Shown: piece by piece, positions 52,855-64,000 of the stretch | How the letters are laid out: every line of letters begins with the position of its first letter | Position numbering within the stretch: position 1 is the first letter of the stretch | Source: Felis catus | Taxonomy: Eukaryota | Direction: 5' to 3' | NCBI RefSeq assembly: GCF_018350175.1 | Contig: NC_058368.1 | Location: 174,842,001 to 174,906,000 of the forward strand | Length of the DNA stretch: 64,000 nucleotides | The notes under the pieces: generated by a model | Database searches by the model: none | Told to the model about the DNA's origin: nothing | Seen by the model: the letters and a program-made list of their open reading frames with translations, nothing else | Program-made: the position numbers and the translations under genes

Positions 52855-55800
52855 ACCAGATTATTTGTTTAAAAACCCGTTCCAATGTCCATTTCCAGTA
52901 GCAGACCCATTTCTCCTCTGGCTCTCCCAGCGCTAGATATCTCCCAGCGCTCTGTGTTCCTTTCCGCTACCGACAGCTTCGAGCAGGGGACTGATGCCAT
53001 TCCAGACCCATCTGGGAAACTCCCTGGGAGAACATCATGGAAAACGGGGCGCGGGGGTAAGGAGAGGTGTGCCAGAGCCCGTGAGAAAGCTGTTTCGAGG
53101 CTGCTGTGGGGTGAGGCGCAGCGCTGGGAAGGGAGAGGCAGGGAGGAGGTTGAAAAGTGAATCGTGAAGAAGTACACAGGCCACACGATGCCTCCCGGGG
53201 CTGGAGGGGTGCTCCTGTGGCCTAGCCTCACGCTCTCCTCCTCCCCTTTCTCATGCTCCTTCCTTTGTGGCCAGCCACCCAGCCTCCTGTCCCCCAAGGT
53301 CGATTTCAACAGCTGCCCTGTGCCCGGGCAGAAGGCCACGTAGAACAGAGGTGTGACCTTGGCTGCCTCCACCCGGGGCCTGGGTGAGTGGGCAGGGCGG
53401 GGCGGGTGGACGGACGCTTCCTTGCGGGGCAGTTGGAGCCAGCCTTGCCAATGAAATTGCTGGTGACTTCACAGTGTAGGTTGATAATTAGCAGTGTCGT
53501 TTCATCTAATCCTCACCGGTTTGCCTTTTCACCTATGCAGCACCTGGCGACAGACGTGTTGGAAGTAACACCGACGGCATTCGCAGGGTTGGATCCCTAG
53601 AGAAGGGCGGGGAAGGTCCGGCCTGCTGAGACTGGGGTGGGAGCCCCTGCTAATGCTCCCGGGGTGCCCTTGGAAGTCTCTTTCCAACTCCCTCCTCCCC
53701 TCATTCTTTCATTCTAGTGTTCTCTCTCTCCGTCTGTGTCTTTCTCCCCAGCCCTCACCTCAACAGCAGACTCATTTTCCGCACAGGCCCGCCGCATGGG
53801 GCCTGTAAAGCCCCTGGGAAGCCAGGAAGCCCAGGGACGGGGCCATCGTGTTCTAAAGGGTTTCCCCAACCTTTGCGGAAAGCTGAGGCAGCTCTTCAGG
53901 GCCTCAGGAGAATCTGAGATTGTCATCAGTACGGGACGGCCTGTCCGGCCAGTGTGTTTGTTCAGCTCTTAAATAGTCCAAGAGAGTGTGGTAAGTTTTC
54001 CCGGACAATGGAGCCATCTGACTTCACAATTAGCCCCGTTCTCCATGGAGCAGAATGTGGGCCAGCTAGAGACTAATTGCTGAGATTTCTATCCTCGCAT
54101 GACCTCATAACTGACTCTTGAGCAGTCACATGGATGTCCAACCTTAGGGGCATCGAGTAGAAGAATGTAGCAATCCTGAGTGTGGCTTAAAACGTGAGGG
54201 GTGGAGTGGGAATTAACGCTCCATTCTGGCTCTGACAGTGGGTCCGCAGACCAACGGCCAGGTCTTCTCTTGGAAGAAGCGGAGAGCATCTTCTAGTTCA
54301 TCAGCGCTGACCCGGTACATGGTTACAGAGTGCCAGAGGAAGGGTACAGGCTTCGGAGTCGCTCAGACCAAAGTGTGGGGGCTGTGTGGCCTTGGGCAAG
54401 TCACTTAATGTCCCGGCACCTCAGTTTCCACATCTGTAGAATGGGATGGTAACAACACTGACCTCAATACATTGTTGGATTATCGTGTCGAAGTGACCAA
54501 GGACCTGCCACACTTCTTGGCACGGGAGTAGGCACTTAATACGAGAGTCCCGTTGGCTCCGAGGAGGGACGATGGGAATTGCTTCCTTGCCCCCCCCCCC
54601 CGCCCCGCCCCCGCCCAGCTCCATTTCTGTATCGACTACCGGTTACCCAGGCGATGCCAGGCTGTGGACGCCCAGCGCGGCTAGAACACGCACAGCTACC
54701 GAGGCCCCGGGACGGCTTGTGTAGCCGTTTCCTGACATGGCCAGTGTCAGCCCTGGTGACTGGCAGAGGTTGTTGGGACAAGGGGCTCAACTCCCATGGT
54801 GCAAGGCAGCTCAAAACCAGTTGGGGTCACATTCAAACAGAAACAAATACATCCAAATCTTTTAAATTAAAAATTAGATTCAGTTAAACAGCAAAAAAAG
54901 GTCTGTGTCAAGGGGAGGGGAGGCCCTCAGATTTGTTTATAAACACAGTAACATAAATATATAAAGGGAAGCGGCTCGGAGTGTTTGGGGGCCGATCTTG
55001 GCCGTTTCTTCACGGGGCATGTTTCCCATTACAAGAGGGAAACGCAGGCCACACATGGGCAGAGAGGAAATATGCAGACGGGAGAATAATTGGGGGTGCC
55101 GGGGTCGTGGGATAATCCGTGAATTTGTTTTCGAAATCTTCTTGAATGTTCCGCTGCGTTTACAATTTTAAAAAGTTGAACAGAATCCACCCTACGTTGA
55201 ATTCAGCTGGGACGAACGTAATCTGTAGGTGCGACTTCCTGTGAGATGCATCCTTCCGCTTCCTCTGGGAAAGGACTACAGTACTTTTTACTTTTAGCCC
55301 TCTATTTCTCCAAAACCCATTTCATATCTGCCTGGGTAATCAGATTAAGTTAGAAGCTGGGTACCTATTTCAGAGAGGGCTGGCTCTCTCTTGCTGTCTG
55401 TTTGCAGTGCATGTGGTTGTGAGGCTTTGGGGCGGTGGGGGCGGGCAGCGTGCCCACCGTCTCGCAGCCTTGACTCTATCACCCCTATTTACAGGAGGGG
55501 AAACTGAGGCTAAAGAGCAACCAATCATCTGCTCAGGCCTAATCAGCTGTTATCAGGATAGAGTAGGTTTCAAACTTCAGTCTCCGGGGGTGGTCAAGTT
55601 CTCTCGTAGCCTAAAATAATTCCCTTTCTCGGAAAAAGTCTCCTTCTAGAGTCTCCCTGGCAAAACAGGGATGGAGATGGCAGTGTACCCCCTGTCGCGG
55701 ACGTGAGTTTGTGGGCCCCTCTAACAGCTTGCAAAGGGGGCGAACATCACAATCTCTCTTGTTCTCTCAATCTCTCCCACCCTCTCGGTCAGCCAGGCAT

Positions 55801-56329
55801 TTCCATTGTTGAGAAAACCCAAGTGTCATAAAAGTGATTTGGATAGAAAACAAATAAAAATCTGGTTTGGGAAGGAAAGCCAAAATTCCTCATTAGGAAC
55901 AACACTGCTTCTTTAGATCAATATTTACCTAATCCAAGTCTTCTTCCTTTTTTCTCTCTTCCCTCGACAAGAATGTTCTTCCATCTCGGCAGCCGCAGTG
56001 GCCCTGTTGGAACAGACGACGTTCAATGTTTCCATTGTAAGGCATGTTTTTCTGGGGTTTATTACTCAGCTGTAAAAATGTGCTCTAGGCAAAAACTTGG
56101 CATATTAAGTCTCATCTCAGAGGTAATTGGTGGGGATTTTTTTGAAAACCTTTTTTCTTTTTACAGACAAACTTGGAAAGAGAAACAAAAAGGTCAAGAA
56201 TTTACTGTTGGAAACTATGGGTTTTGCCCCCATGGGTTTTCCTCTTTGGTTTGGTTTGTTCTGTATTATTTTTGATCTCCTCTAACCAGATATTTGGGGC
56301 AAAGTTATAGAGGCTATAATCCCAGACAT

Positions 56330-56690
56330 GCATTTATTCTTCCTTCAACAAATATTTACTGAGCGCCTACTGTGTCCCAGACACTGTGTTAGACTCTGGA
56401 GATTTGTGGGCAAAAATACCCATGCGGTCTAGGTTCTCATGGGGCTGACGTGCGCACACACTCAGACACAAAGCCCGCGTGTGACCGGATTGGAAAAAAC
56501 AGAAACTTCGATGGGCACTAAGGGGTTGAAGTGGAGGAAAAACAGTACAGGGGGTGCAGGCACTGGGGCTCTGGCTCTAGATGAGCTGGCCTGGGAAGAC
56601 CCCCTCAAGAGGCGACATTGACTCCAAGACGCTGAGGCTAAGAAGAAAAGGAGCCTCATGTCAAGTGCGGGAAGAAGAAAAGTCAGGAAG
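56330..56690 (-). mobile_element. L2 3' remnant
   Basis: ttcaacaaatatttactgagcgcctactgtgtcccagacactgtg, typical L2 end. Confidence 0.7.
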
Positions 56691-56730
56691 AGAGGAAAGC
56701 AGGTGGGAAGGCGGTGAAGAGTGTGGCGTG

Positions 56731-56957
56731 GGGGCGCCTGGGTGGGTGGCTCAGCCAGTTGAGCATCCGACTTGGGCTCAGGTCAGGATCTCAGGGTTCA
56801 TGAGTTCAAGCCCCACACTGGGCTCGCTGCTGTCAACGCAGATCCCGCTTCAGATCTTCTGTCCCCTTCTCTCTCTGCCCCTCCGCCACTCTCGTTCTCT
56901 CTCTCTCTCTCTCTCTCTCTCAAAAATAAACATTGAACAACGTAAAAAAAAAAAAAA
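56731..56957 (+). mobile_element. Can-SINE
   Basis: Head, (CT)n and A-tail. Confidence 0.88.
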
Positions 56958-57683
56958 GAGCATGGTGTATGGGGGGCACATAAGGAAGGCCTCCCTTTCT
57001 GGACTCCATGGAACTGGAGCGTGGTTGAAGATAATATCTAGCAGCCAGGGGGGCCCAGGCAGGTGGTGAAAAGGGATGTTAGCTTTCCTCCTGTGTGCAA
57101 GGGAAGCCACGGAAAGATGTTCAGCGGGGCAGGGAAGGATAGAACTCTGTTTCTGGAAGATCTTTCCGCTCTCCGCGTGGAGGATGCATCGAGAGGGGCG
57201 CTGTGGAAGCAGGGGGATCCTTCAGGGGGCTGCTGCAGCTGCCCGGATGTGAGCTCCCGGTGGGCTGGGTTGAGAAAGGGGCAGAGGCGATGCAGGGAGG
57301 TGTGTGGGTTCCGGGCTGGCTTAAGGGACGACTGGACAGGAGCTGCCGGAGGGGGGGGGGGAGTGGGGCCGGGGAGGGAGGACTGGGGAGGAGCCAGGGT
57401 AGGTCGAGTGTGGTGCCCCATCCGAGGTGGGGGAGGAGCAGGGAAGGTGAAGGGAGGGAAGGGCTTGAGAAGGACTCCCGGTTCCTGGCGTGGCCCACTG
57501 GGTAGCTCCGGTGTGGAAGCAAGGGAAGGAGAGCAGCTCCAGGAGGCGGGCATCCTCGTGGCTCAGACGGAGCCGTCACTCAGCCTGGGTCCAGTCCCTC
57601 CTCCCCCCCTTGCCGGCTGGGCAACCCTGGAGAAGTTACTTTCCCTCACGGGGCCTCCGGTTCCTTCTCGAAAATGGAAACAG

Positions 57684-57912
57684 GGGGCGCCTGGGTGGCG
57701 CAGTCGGTTAAGCGGCCGACTTCAGCCAGGTCACGATCTCGCGGTCCAGGAGTTCGAGCCCCGCGTCGGGCTCTGGGCTGATGGCTCGGAGCCTGGAGCC
57801 TGTCTCCGATTCTGTGTCTCCCTCTCTCTCTGCCCCTCCCCCGTTCATGCTCTGTCTCTCTCTGTCCCAAAAATAAATAAATGTTAAAAAAAAAATTAAA
57901 AAAAAAAAAAAA
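57684..57912 (+). mobile_element. Can-SINE, young subfamily, inserted in a MIR
   Basis: Full body, TSD GAAAATGGAAA. Confidence 0.93.
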
Positions 57913-59502
57913 GAAAATGGAAATAGTAATAGAATCTGCCTCACGGGGCTGCTGTGAGAGTCAGACGAGCCCATCGAGGTACTCAGAATAGCGCCTATAC
58001 GTGTCATGCACAAATCGGCCCAACGAAAACAACACCTGTAGATGCATCTACAGATAGAACTCCATTTTGGACACGGGTTGATTGAATCGCTCCTTCAGGC
58101 AACACTGCTGGCCCCCCTGCCCTCACGGGGCTTGCTCTCTGCTGGAGGACCCAGCCATTCTGGAAAGAGATAATACACTGCACTGTGACAAGAACTTCTG
58201 GGGCGCAGAGCAGGGACCTACAGGAGAGAAACACGGAGACGACAGAAATCAGATTGTGTTGGGCATCTCTAGGGAAGTCACACATCAGCTGAGCAGGCTT
58301 TAGCAAGAAGAGGGGGGATCATTCTGGATCTAGCGAACGGTAGAAGGCCCCGGGGTAGGATAGGGAAACCGAGTGCGAGACAGTGTTTTGGAGAAGCCAA
58401 TGCAGAAACAGCAGGCCTGGCTGGCCCAGGGCCCGTTGGCCACGGTCAGGGCTTGAGGTTTTATCGTAAATGGGTTGGAGACATGATTGAAATGTTTCAG
58501 GCAGGAAGAGAGAGATCCTGACTTGCATTTTCAAAAGAACACTCCGGCTGCCATGTGAACTGGGGGCACTTTGGGGGCCGGGGGGGGGGCAGCGCCGGTA
58601 GATTTAGGGGCACTGTGGACAAGTGGGGGAGGCTGTGGGTCTCCAGGAGATGGTGGTGGCGACCGTGCAAACGGAGAAACGGACGTGCCTCAGAGAAATG
58701 TCAAAGGTAAAACCAATTTCGCCTCTACACGGAGGCCGTAGGGATTCCCTACAAAGGCAGATCTGACTCAGTCACTTGCCTTCGCAGATTTTGTCAAGGG
58801 CTCTCCAGCACCCTCGGGATAACGCCCGAATCTCTTGCCATGGTCAAGCCCCTGTCTCCCTGTCATACACTGTCCCCTGCTCCTGGACACTTGTCTTCCC
58901 TCTCCAAGCACCAACTCCACTCTCCCTGCCTACCTCTGTCTGAGGTCAGCCTCCGTCCCCTCCCTACTCGCTGGGGTCTAGGTGTGCCCACTGCACTTAG
59001 ATAAGGCCTCGCGTGTCAAACTAAATGGATCGAGAAACTCTAGTTTATCCAACAGATGCAATAGTCTGAAAGCTCTCTGTAGTGAATTCCCATTCTCCCA
59101 AGTCACCCTTCGTGTTATTAGCTAGTTGCGCTGGGGGAGACGGGAGCTAACGTTTGATTGAGAATGTACTTGGGGGTTGTGCTTCACCCACCCCTGCCCA
59201 CCCCCCCCTCGCCCCCCCCTCACCGCCCCCCCCCCCGTCTAATTATCACAAGAAGCCTGTGAGGGAGACACAGCAGATGAGGACACGGAGGTTCCGAGAG
59301 GTGAAGCCACCTGCCCAAGTCGCTAAGGTAGTAAGTGGCGGGTTAGATTCAGTCCCAAGTCTGACGGAAAGCCAAACCACACCCTTCCCCAGGCCTGAGT
59401 GTCCCCCTCACGGCTCACCCAGGCCTAATACCCTTATCTCCCTTAGGCTGGCTCCACTGAACGAGGGGCCCTCAGGATCAAGAAGAGTCTGGATGTACGT
59501 CT

Positions 59503-59870
59503 TTTATGGACTGAATTGTGTTTGTCCCGAATTCGCATGCCGAAACCCTAACCCCCCATGTGATGGCATTTGGAGATGAGGCCTTTGGGAGGTGCTTAGG
59601 GTTGAAGGAGATCATGAAGGGGGAGCCCCTTGTGATGGGATTAGGGGCTTTATAAGAAGAGAGAGAGAGATCCTTCTCCGTCAGCCATGTGAGGCTCCAG
59701 CAAGAAGGCAGCCATCTTCAAACCAGGAAGAGAGCCCTTGCCAGGAACAGAATCTGTAGCACCTTGATTTTGAACTTCCCAGACTTCATGACTCTGAAAG
59801 ATAAATCTCTGTTATTTAAGCCCCGCCCCCGGTCTGCGGTACTTTGTTATAACAACCCGAGCAGACTGTC
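59503..59870 (+). mobile_element. MLT1A/B-like MaLR solo LTR
   Basis: tatggactgaattgtg...ccccatgtgatggcatttggagatgaggcctttgggagg...accttgattttgaacttcccag...tttgttataacaacc. Confidence 0.82.
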
Positions 59871-60710
59871 ACGCTCTCCTGATCCTGGTGACCGTCCATT
59901 GTCCCTTGGAAGAACTCAGGTCCCGCCTTCCTCTAGCCCTTCAGTTTTGCCTTCTCTTGAACTGCTAGGAACGGGATGCCTTACCAGGTGGATGCTTGGG
60001 TCCCCCTCAGAACCCAGCCTGTAATCCTACAAATTCACAGGTGAGACAAGAAGAACCAAAATTGCATTTGTCCCCACGCTTCCCATTTCCCAGATGGCAA
60101 TGTGAAGGCAGAGTGAGGTCAAGGTCACTTCCAGCTTCATTCAGCCTCTCTCAGTCCTGGGTTTGGCAGCCTTTGAATGCGGTCCAGCCAGACCCCGTTG
60201 GAGCCCATCCTTAATGAGCAGGCTGGGCCTTCAACAGGCCCAAACTCACGGGCATGCATGTAGGTCTAGAATGAGTCACGGAGACTTAGCCCTGGGAACT
60301 CAACGGACCACCGGGCTGCCACCTCCCCCTGTCTGTCGGGCCCTCCTGAACCCCAGCTTGGATGCAAGTCCTTGCTGAGTCCCCCCTAACGTCCCTGTAG
60401 CTCTTGCTGCCTCTGAGAGGCTTGGACCTCCAGCCCCACCATGCCCTGCAGGGCACTGACAGCGGTCACACCTCTGCCTGAGAGCACTGCTCACTGTGAT
60501 GTTAATGTGACTGGTTCTGACACACCCTCAGGACCTTCTTGCTCCCCACCCCCAACACGAGACTGTCAAATCAGAGTCCTGTGGGTAGAGTTCACGAATC
60601 CACATCTAGGAGCTTCCTGAGAGATGCCTTTTGAAAACAAGATGCAAATCCAGAGGCCGTAACACAAAGGATTGAGAACCCAGTCACATATAAATAAAAA
60701 ATACCTTAAG

Positions 60711-60742
<32 letters not shown>

Positions 60743-61046
60743 ACAACAGTAAAAATACCACCCACAAACCTGCAAAGGCAATTTGCAGCATAAAGGCAAA
60801 AGAGACTTTTTTTTTTTTGGTTTGTTTTACAAGAGGCTGAAATTAAAAAAAAAACAATCCCATAGCAAAATAGGAAAAAGATGTAAGCTGGCGAATTGCG
60901 GAAATGGAGATACAAGGCGTACAAAACATATGAGTGGCTCTTCATTTCCCTCTTTGATGAAAGAAATGTAAAGGGAAACAAAACTCCAATACTGTTGTCC
61001 CCCTGACATGTTTTCAGTAATAGTAAAACATTAAGAAGGGTTTTCT

Positions 61047-61277
61047 GGGGCGCCTGGGTGGCGCAGTCGGTTAAGCGTCCGACTTCAGCCAGGTCACGAT
61101 CTCGCGGTCCGGGAGTTCGAGCCCCGCGTCAGGCTCTGGGCTGATGGCTCAGAGCCTGGAGCCTGTTTCCGATTCTGTGTCTCCCTCTCTCTCTGCCCCT
61201 CCCCCGTTCGTGCTCTGTCTCTCTCTGTCCCAAAAATAAATAAACGTTGAAAAAAAAATTTAAAAAAAAAAAAAAAA
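61047..61277 (+). mobile_element. Can-SINE, young subfamily
   Basis: Full body, TSD AAGAAGGGTTTT. Confidence 0.93.
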
Positions 61278-61988
61278 GAAGGGTTTTGAGAAACAATTAT
61301 TTTCTTACTCTCCTGGCTGGACAATGAATGGATGCAAAGAGAGACCGGTTAGCTAAAATCGACCAAAATGTAGACTACGCACGTTCTTTACTTCAGCAGT
61401 TCTCCTCTGCGGTCTTAATTTGCCTGCAGGATCTACTCACAAAAGCAGGCGAAGATGTGTGGGCAAGGATATTCATGGCAGCAGATGTGTAATAACAAAT
61501 GGCATAAACAGTTTAACCGGCCATCCGGAGGGATGCGTTCAGTAAATGATGATCCAACTAGCGATGCAGCGAAATACCAGGATTATGTGGAAAAAAAAAA
61601 ACAAAAAACAAAAAACAAGGAGCCAGAACTAATGATCCCTGTTATAAATAAAACAGATATTGGTTGAACAGATATTTATTTATTTATTATTATTTTTTTA
61701 TTGTTTAACAGATATTTATTGAGCGCCTCTTGGGTATCCTTGTAGCCACTAAGAATCAAGAAGACAGTCACAGAGACCCTGCCCTCGGGACCCAGGTCTA
61801 ATAACAGAGGAGATCAGGGAGTCGAGAAACAATATGCTTATACGAGTACGTTAAATCGCGGTGAGTGCTGTGGAGAAAAAGAGAGCCGAGTGAGGGCATA
61901 GGAGGGTGAACCATGTGAAGGGGCAGGGATGTGAGGAGTAAGAGGAATGTGACCACCTTGAACTTCTCTGTTAAAAAAAGAAAAACCT

Positions 61989-62218
61989 GGGGCGCCTGGG
62001 TGGCTCCATTGGTTGGGCGTCCGACTTCGGCCAGGTCACGATCTCGCGGTCCGTGAGTTCGAGCCCCGCGTCGGGCTCTGTGCTGACAGCTCGGAGCCTG
62101 CAGCCTGCGTCAGATTCTGTGTCTCCCTCTCTCTCTACCCCTCCCCTGCTCTCTCTGTGTCTCTCTGTCTCTCAATAATGAATAAACGTTTAAAAAAAAT
62201 TAAAAAAAAAAAAAAAAG
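61989..62218 (+). mobile_element. Can-SINE
   Basis: Full body, TSD AAAGAAAAACCT. Confidence 0.92.
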
Positions 62219-63680
62219 AAAGAAAAACCTAATGGTAACGTAATGAGTGGAGAGGCGATGATTCCAGGAGTAATTTGAGTTCATTCAGTGACTTGGGTAA
62301 CCCAGCAGGAATCTCCGTGACAAAGTACTCATTTGAGATCTCCTGTGTCTGCCTGGATGGCATGGCCATTGGCGTTCCCACTCGCCGCCAGGCCCTGCTC
62401 ACCGAGAACCATTGGCAGGCTCCGTCTTGAAGCCCCATGGGCTGGTCCGCAGTCTTCTGGGCTTGTCCTCTCCCGGCCTTGTTCCCTGCCTGGACCCATC
62501 TCGGTGGCCTCAACCTGCCTCCCGAGGGCAGCCCTGAGTGAAGACAGGCGAGGGCAGATCCGGGGTTACATTTCTTGTGTCTTTCGCATACGACTTCCTC
62601 CACAACAGTACCAGAGGGACCCGGGATCCGGGCCTCTTGTGTGTGTGTGTGATCAGGACAGGACTGCGTGATGAGACTCCCATGCCGGGCAAGTGGAGCT
62701 CAGCTTTTCTAGAAAAATGGCATCTTCCCGACCACCAAAAGCGAGGCCCAGATTTAGACCCCGGGACGCGCCACCTGGAGCCCCCCCCTCCACCCAGAGA
62801 AGCCAGCAGGAGGCTTGGAATCAGGGTATGTTACCCACCCTTTTCAAGGGAGGATCTCCGAGTGCCTTACATTATTCATTAAAAGACGCGGTATCCCAGA
62901 GGGCCTGGGATAATTATCACCATTCAGCTGAAGAAGACACAGAAGCCTCACCAGTTGGCCCGGTGAGGAAGAAGGCCCTCCGAGAGTTGTCCATAACGCC
63001 GGCAAGCGGTAATAAGCTCTCCCTCCACCCTGAACAGGCGCTAAGCTGGACATGTGCGCTGTGAGGCGCGTACAACATCCACATTTTACAGAGGGAAAAA
63101 CCAAGATCCGGAGATTCCTTTGCGGGGCTGGAAAGTGGCAGGGGAGGGACTCGAACCCAGGTGCTGGGGATCCCAAGCCCGGAGCGTTTCTACCGCTCCT
63201 ACGCTGCCTCGAAACAATTCTCTTCCTGTCTACGCGGGACTTCATGGTTTCCGAAGCACTGAAACAGCTTATCCCTTCTTCTCAATAACTCAGCCAGGCA
63301 GGAAGTACAGAGGTAGCTAGCTCCATTTTAGGGATGGAGCTCAGAGAAGAGGAAGTTATTTGCTTCTGTTCTTATAAAGCGATAGTAACTCGTGTCTGTT
63401 GGATTTACAACTTCCAAAATGCTGTCTGGGTTGGGACATTCCAATAGCTCTGTGACCTAAGTAAGCCTGGTGCTGTTACTATTGTTGTTATTTATTATTA
63501 TTATTATTATTATTATGTTGAACAGTAGTAGTAATGGTAGCAATATTCTTAGTACTCCTTTATTATAGACGAGTAAACTCCGATAGAAAGAAATTAAGGG
63601 AAAGAAATGAGAAATGAATATTTATATGTCAGACACTGAGCTATGTTATCTCACTGAATCTTTATCAGAAAAATACTTGT

Positions 63681-63893
63681 GGGGCGCCTGGGTGGCTCAG
63701 TGGGTTGAGCGTCCGGCTTCGGCTCAGGGCATGATCTCGAGGCTTGTGAGTTCGAGCCCCGCGTCGGGATCTGTGCTGACAGCTCGGGGCCTGGAGCCTG
63801 TTTCGGATTCTGTGTCTCCCTCTCTCTCTGCTCCTCCCCCGCTCGTGCTCGGTCTCTCTCAAAAATAAATAAACATAAAAAAAAAAAAAAAAA
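63681..63893 (+). mobile_element. Can-SINE
   Basis: Full body and A-tail. Confidence 0.9.
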
Positions 63894-64000
63894 GAAACAC
63901 ATTTGCAAAGCTCATTCATTCATTCATTCATTCTTCATTCAGTGAATCCTGCTGTGGATCTGGTCCTGTTTCTAGATGCAGGGAATACAGCAGTGAACAA

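Noticed and set aside
57063..57887. Longest ORF in the track (274 aa)
   Set aside because: Runs through L2/MIR remnants, G-rich sequence and a SINE; no recognisable domain.

Overview
Mammalian (felid-type) genomic DNA, judged from about 30 carnivore tRNA-derived Can-SINEs of the SINEC_Fc type. The window holds one intact protein-coding gene, MSX2, on the minus strand: two coding exons (41193-40815 and 36942-36518), a 3872-nt GT-AG intron and a 267-aa product with eh1 motif and homeodomain. It also holds a processed RPL39 pseudogene (~17621-18058), several orphan CpG islands, old L1/L2/MIR/MLT1/MER5 remnants and simple repeats. I see no new coding system; the other ORFs in the track are best explained as repeat or GC-content artefacts. 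The most interesting signals are cis-regulatory: a likely orthologue of the Msx2 BMP-responsive element ~3.4 kb upstream with a 41-bp tandem duplication beside it, downstream CpG islands repeating the same homeodomain + GC-rich grammar, two TCF/LEF clusters, a symmetric NF-Y/Smad promoter, an intronic 13-bp VNTR of AP-2 sites, and a ~20-kb Can-SINE-free zone around the gene. Repeat boundaries and subfamily names are by eye and approximate; all regulatory calls are motif-based hypotheses.
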